The position numbers and the translations under genes were made by a program. Below, one piece after another: positions 36,627-40,442 of a stretch of 40,442 bases of DNA. Position 1 is the stretch's first letter. Every line of letters begins with the position of its first letter. Location of the stretch: the IMG/VR virus record IMGVR_UViG_3300020045_012400, positions 1 through 40,442 of that record; one strand, 5' to 3'. The notes under the pieces are model-generated. The model was not told the DNA's origin. It ran no database searches and worked only from the letters and a program-made list of their open reading frames with translations. This DNA comes from a virus. Its lineage: Duplodnaviria > Caudoviricetes.

Positions 36627-38984
36627 TTATGGGCCAGCAGCAGAATTTAATCTGGTGCAAAGCAGGTTTCTAATGGCTGTGTCTTGTGTGATGGCTTGCG
36701 CTTGCGCAAACTTCACGGCTAAAGTGGCGTTCTGTGCGAGCATTCCAGAATAGTATGGATCACGATAAATCAGGTTCATGGAATATCCATCCTGATTGAT
36801 GTGAGTGACCGCTTGCTTACCCACAACTGTGTTGTAGTAAACATCGGACGTATTCATGGACGCCGCTCTTGCAACAGGCGCTTCTGAGCTAGTCAGAATG
36901 CGAATGTTGTATACAGATCCATACTCCGATGGTAATGCAGATGCATTAGTTGGGTAGTTCCACTGGCTCAAGAAACCGGAACCACTCAATCCATCAAAGT
37001 CGGTCTGTAACTCTGTAGAAGACAGCATGAAGTATGCTGAACGTACAGGGCCTGTACCAAATCTATCCATACCTTCGATACCGCTCATAAATTTATAAGC
37101 GTTATTTGTATCGAGTGTAGACGCTACTAAGCTGAAATCGGTGATTCCAAGGTTAGTTGGGTTGTCACCGTTCGAACCGCCGCCTGCATAGATCTGCGAT
37201 GCTGCAGAAATGATGTAGTCACGGAGGATAAGCATTCTGTTACTTTTGTGACCACTCTCGTGGCGGGGAAACCTCTTCGGATCTCCCTCAGCACATTTAT
37301 TTATTCGTGCTGTTCAGACTATCGCATCCCTTTCGGGCCAACTCACTTAGTCGTTCACGGTCTCTTTCGAGTTCCGCCTTGTGATCCTGTCGGACTTCCA
37401 AGTCAATTAGAGCCGGTTTATCGAGGACATTATCTCTATCCTCGGCTTGGCGCATCGCCACGGCCAGTCTTTCGCTGACCCAAGCTAACACCATTTCACA
37501 CCAAGCTAAGAGGGCGTGTTATGCATTTAATTTTCTCATTTGTTGGTACATTTCCTCACGAAAATCTAAAGTTTCCTTGGGAATTCCCCCACGACAATGT
37601 TTTACTGAACCATAATTTTCACAAAAATTAAGCAAAGTAAAAACCTGTCCTCTTTTAAAGCGTATATAGTCAAGGATTCGGTGCATAAATCTTATGCATT
37701 CATCCTTGCTCGAAATAGACATTTTATAGGCATATCCCTTTTGCGTGCATGTAGCCTTAGGAATGCAAAAACTACCGAGAGACAAGTTCTCCCTTATATA
37801 ATTTAGACAAGCCGCGGGCACCATAGTCAGCTGCACCATTGGATTATATCTCGCATTAATACTCCCGGAATGAGCCTTTTCTTTTTTTACAGAAAACGAT
37901 CCTTCCGTATCCATAATTCCTGCAAAATACGCCCAAAACTTTGGACACATACTAATTGATGTTGACTGCTGAACAAGAGTATCATTGGCCATCAGAATTT
38001 CTCTATTCAAAGATTGCATTCCAAGAGCATATCTTTCACCATCTCTTTGAGTGAAATTTTCTGCCTTGAGTCTATCCTTTATAAAGTTTGTCATTAATTC
38101 CGCTTGTCTCTTTTTCAACACCAAGTATTTACCAAATCTTTCGATCGCTGCCAAGCATCCAGTCAGACCCCTTACAGACCACACATAAAGAACTTTATGA
38201 TGCGTCTTTTGAGCCTTTTTAATTCTCAAAGAGCCGCCAAAATTCTCATGCAGTAATTCAGACATCCCCTTAAATGCATTACTCAGCTGCAAGCATGGAT
38301 AGTATTTGCCATGAGCCTTCATAATTGAAAAACTCCCATCACCATCCAAAATCCCTGCAACATATGCCATGTCTATCCCTTCTTTCATAGTGAACTCCTT
38401 TACAGGAATTCTACCATGGTGTACTATTTACGCACAAATGATATATTTATGCTGCAACTTGCTCTGTACCCTCTTGATCCTGCAGTATGACCTGTTCATT
38501 TATGATACAGCCAGTACCGAAGAATGCCATTTGAGCATCAATTATCTTTCTGTTACTTATATGACCCAGTTGCATGGCGGAACAGGTTCTTCGACCCATT
38601 CTCATGATCTTCTTTCTATTCATCATGTTCAGACTATTGCATCCCTTTCAGGTTTTCTCGCTTAGTCGTTCACGCTGCTTTCGCTTGCGCCTCGTCAGCC
38701 CATCGGCTTTCCGAGTCAATCAGAGAAAATTTACCCGCGACATAACATTTATCGCGCTGTGGCACCTGGGCCGCAGGATCAATCCCTGAATTCCCCAACT
38801 GCACAATTGGTGGCACAAGGGCTCTAGGTCTCATAAAACGGCAAGTAGTACCGCCATTAGGAGGCATAGAAATTTTATCACAGACCAAAATGTAATTCAT
38901 GGTCGGTGTGGGAACATATAACATCGCAGGAGCTAAGCTCTGCAAAATCATCGGTCCCAAATTACCTGTAGTTGTAATTGACAT
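36627..38984 (-). CDS. Major capsid protein (N4-gp56-like), spliced: join(38751-38984, 38468-38545, 37438-37491, 36627-37232), 323 aa
   Basis: Exons join in frame: ...QVPQRD|IIDAQ...QDQEG|VLAWVSERLAVAMRQAED|LILRD... Capsid-like motifs MPPNGGTTCRF and SEYGSVYNIRILTS; lies after the scaffold gene. Confidence 0.88.
37233..37437 (-). ncRNA. Group I intron 3 (205 nt)
   Basis: Upstream exon ends in U; P1 CGAGGAU/GUCCUCG; P7 GACUA/UAGUC; P3 GGCUC/GAGUU; ends in G; removal restores the frame. Confidence 0.92.
37519..38388 (-). CDS. Double-motif LAGLIDADG homing endonuclease
   Basis: AYVAGILDGDGS and AYFAGIMDTEGS motifs; AAGGAG RBS. Confidence 0.93.
   Translation of the reverse strand: MKEGIDMAYVAGILDGDGSFSIMKAHGKYYPCLQLSNAFKGMSELLHENFGGSLRIKKAQKTHHKVLYVWSVRGLTGCLAAIERFGKYLVLKKRQAELMTNFIKDRLKAENFTQRDGERYALGMQSLNREILMANDTLVQQSTSISMCPKFWAYFAGIMDTEGSFSVKKEKAHSGSINARYNPMVQLTMVPAACLNYIRENLSLGSFCIPKATCTQKGYAYKMSISSKDECIRFMHRILDYIRFKRGQVFTLLNFCENYGSVKHCRGGIPKETLDFREEMYQQMRKLNA
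38392..38437 (-). promoter_or_regulatory. Internal promoter and RBS-sequestering hairpin of the endonuclease gene
   Basis: TTGTGC-18-TAGAAT with an extended -10 TG; hairpin GAAUUCCU-GUAA-AGGAGUUC covers the Shine-Dalgarno sequence. Confidence 0.7.
38546..38750 (-). ncRNA. Group I intron 1 (205 nt)
   Basis: P1 CGCGAU/GUCGCG with U-G at the splice site; P10 GUUAU/AUAAU; P7 GACUA/UAGUC; P3 UUUUCUC/GAGAAAA; ends in G. Confidence 0.92.
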
Positions 38985-39194
38985 GATTACCTAAATTGTC
39001 AATTAATATGACATGCAGCTCCGTGGACGAAAGGAACGAATTCCTAAGCGTACTACGTCCGTTTGCTAACACATCTGACGGAAGTTGCGAATCTTCCTTA
39101 CGCGATGCCTATGACGCTAGACGAGCGATTTGAGGGCGCCACTAGCTACATGTGCCCTCGTGAAATTAGTTGTACCAAATAAAAGCTTTAATTG

Positions 39195-39863
39195 TCAAAT
39201 CCTCAACTTGCTCTTCAACTCCTGCATCTTAGCATAAGCATTCTTCTGGCCTGATGGACTGAAATCTCCAGCCGCCGCATAAGGAGCAGCCCCAACGCCA
39301 GATGGCTGGTAATAGGGAGAGCGTCTGTTTGAGTCGATCTTGTCCTGTATAGACGGCTGAGGCTCTGGCTTTTTATGCAACGACTGCCTCTTGATAGCGT
39401 GATAGACGAGCTTTTGCCTATCAAACCCTTCAGGCATTTCGAGGATGGTCTCGGCTTCTTCTGGGTACTTATCGGCGAATGCTTGAGCATGGGACATTAC
39501 CTCCTGAAAGTCAGGGTTGTTCTTCATCCACATGTTTCTTCTTTCTTCCGTTAACGCCCTTTGCACTTCTTGGCGAACATCCTGCTTAGCTTCGGCTTGT
39601 ACTTTTGGAATAACGCGGTTAAGCGTTTTTTGAAGCCTCTTCTTGTCGATGTAAGGTTCCGCGTCATCATCGTCATCCTCATCTTGTTGGGGTTTGGTTG
39701 ACTTCTCTAGTGCCGCAATCCTTTCCTCAGCTTGCTGCCTGGCCAATCGCTCCTGTTCAAGTTGCCGTTCGTAGTGCTTTCGCTGCTTGACGAGATTACT
39801 CTCGACATCGTTTGCTTTCTGCGTTTCAGTTAGTATTTGAGTTTCGTGAGATGGGGCTGTCAT
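39195..39863 (-). CDS. Capsid scaffolding protein
   Basis: Charged coiled coil with an acidic tract, immediately upstream of the capsid gene; AAGGA RBS at ATG 39863. Confidence 0.75.
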   Translation of the reverse strand: MTAPSHETQILTETQKANDVESNLVKQRKHYERQLEQERLARQQAEERIAALEKSTKPQQDEDDDDDAEPYIDKKRLQKTLNRVIPKVQAEAKQDVRQEVQRALTEERRNMWMKNNPDFQEVMSHAQAFADKYPEEAETILEMPEGFDRQKLVYHAIKRQSLHKKPEPQPSIQDKIDSNRRSPYYQPSGVGAAPYAAAGDFSPSGQKNAYAKMQELKSKLRI

Positions 39864-39938
39864 AATATCCTTTGTCTTGACGCCGACAAGCGATTTGTTT
39901 AACGTTATTAGATAATAAATTTTATTTGCTGGCAAGCT

Positions 39939-40394
39939 ATGAAAATAAACAGACTCGACGCCCACGATAGACTCACGCACTTCACCAAACAGGGATTTGA
40001 TATAGGTGAATGCTGCCAGGACCTGATAAATCAGAGACCCTATGGCGAACATCCATTCTACATCTTTGCGCATGCACGAACAGAAGAAGATGGTGCCACG
40101 AAAAGACTGATATGGCAGCCGAGACTTACAAAGCCAAAACCACAAACGAACTCAATGCTTTTCAAAGCTTATCCAGGAACAGATGTCATTAAGGTAATCT
40201 GGATGATTCCTGCAAGAGAATTGTGGGGCCAGTTTGGCAAAGGGCTGCTTACAGAAAATAAGATCGTAGCCGATAGTATCCATGACTTTCAGTTTAATCG
40301 AGAAAAGCTTGAAAAAGCAGAGGATGACGACCTAAGCGATGAAGCTATAAATGCGATTTACAGAGAAATTTCAATGACAGCAAATAAAAAATAG
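39939..40394 (+). CDS. Hypothetical protein (151 aa)
   Basis: Clean ORF divergent from the scaffold gene. Confidence 0.75.
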   Translation: MKINRLDAHDRLTHFTKQGFDIGECCQDLINQRPYGEHPFYIFAHARTEEDGATKRLIWQPRLTKPKPQTNSMLFKAYPGTDVIKVIWMIPARELWGQFGKGLLTENKIVADSIHDFQFNREKLEKAEDDDLSDEAINAIYREISMTANKK

Positions 40395-40442
40395 GATTTA
40401 CAAATGGCCGTCGAAATAACCACCAAATTCATTATTAAAACA
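40322..40442. repeat. Terminal direct repeat copy (circular overlap)
   Basis: Identical to 1-121. Confidence 0.95.

Larger units (their letters stand above)
37492..38467 (-). mobile_element. Intervening sequence 2 (976 nt): group I-like P1/P10 guide plus homing endonuclease, no recognisable catalytic core
   Basis: 5' exon ends ...AAGAGGGU; guide UAACAC-GCCCUCUU at 37521-37508; terminal G at 37492; removal restores the frame. Confidence 0.8.

Noticed and set aside
37297-37494. 65-aa ORF as an independent gene
   Set aside because: It is exon 3 plus read-through into intron 3. Likewise 38670..38984 is exon 1 plus intron 1 sequence.
37519-38388. LAGLIDADG domain as part of an intein
   Set aside because: It has its own RBS, start and stop, is not fused to capsid, and shows no intein terminal motifs.
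36627-38984. Capsid fragments as a pseudogene or stop-codon recoding
   Set aside because: Precise U/G-bounded removals with P1 pairing restore one frame, and other genes read normally in the standard code.
39864-40145. N-terminal extension of the scaffold ORF
   Set aside because: It overlaps the divergent 151-aa gene, and a good RBS supports the start at 39863.

Overview
The window is a complete circular tailed-phage genome of about 40,321 bp; bases 1-121 repeat exactly at 40322-40442, most likely as an assembly overlap. It has a P22/podovirus-like layout. The minus strand carries the packaging and virion module: terS, terL, portal, scaffold, major capsid, adaptor, tail hub, ejection proteins and fibre/spike proteins. 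An early module encodes a Cro-like HTH, Rha, RusA, ERF, a YqaJ exonuclease, a replication initiator and many small ORFs. I recognise no integrase, DNA polymerase, tRNA, CRISPR array or endolysin. The main result is the major capsid gene, which is split into four exons (78+26+18+201 = 323 aa). Introns 1 and 3 are homologous, complete 205-nt group I ribozymes. The 976-nt middle insertion carries a double-LAGLIDADG homing endonuclease and a 14-nt internal guide sequence matching the ligated exon junction, with the G-U wobble exactly at the splice site. It has no visible catalytic core, so it may be a ribozyme-less intron spliced by a neighbouring intron. Other observations are an RBS-occluding hairpin and promoter for the endonuclease, a probable AUU start codon on the adaptor gene, and several candidate structured RNAs. 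Protein family calls come from motif recognition and synteny; no database searches were run.
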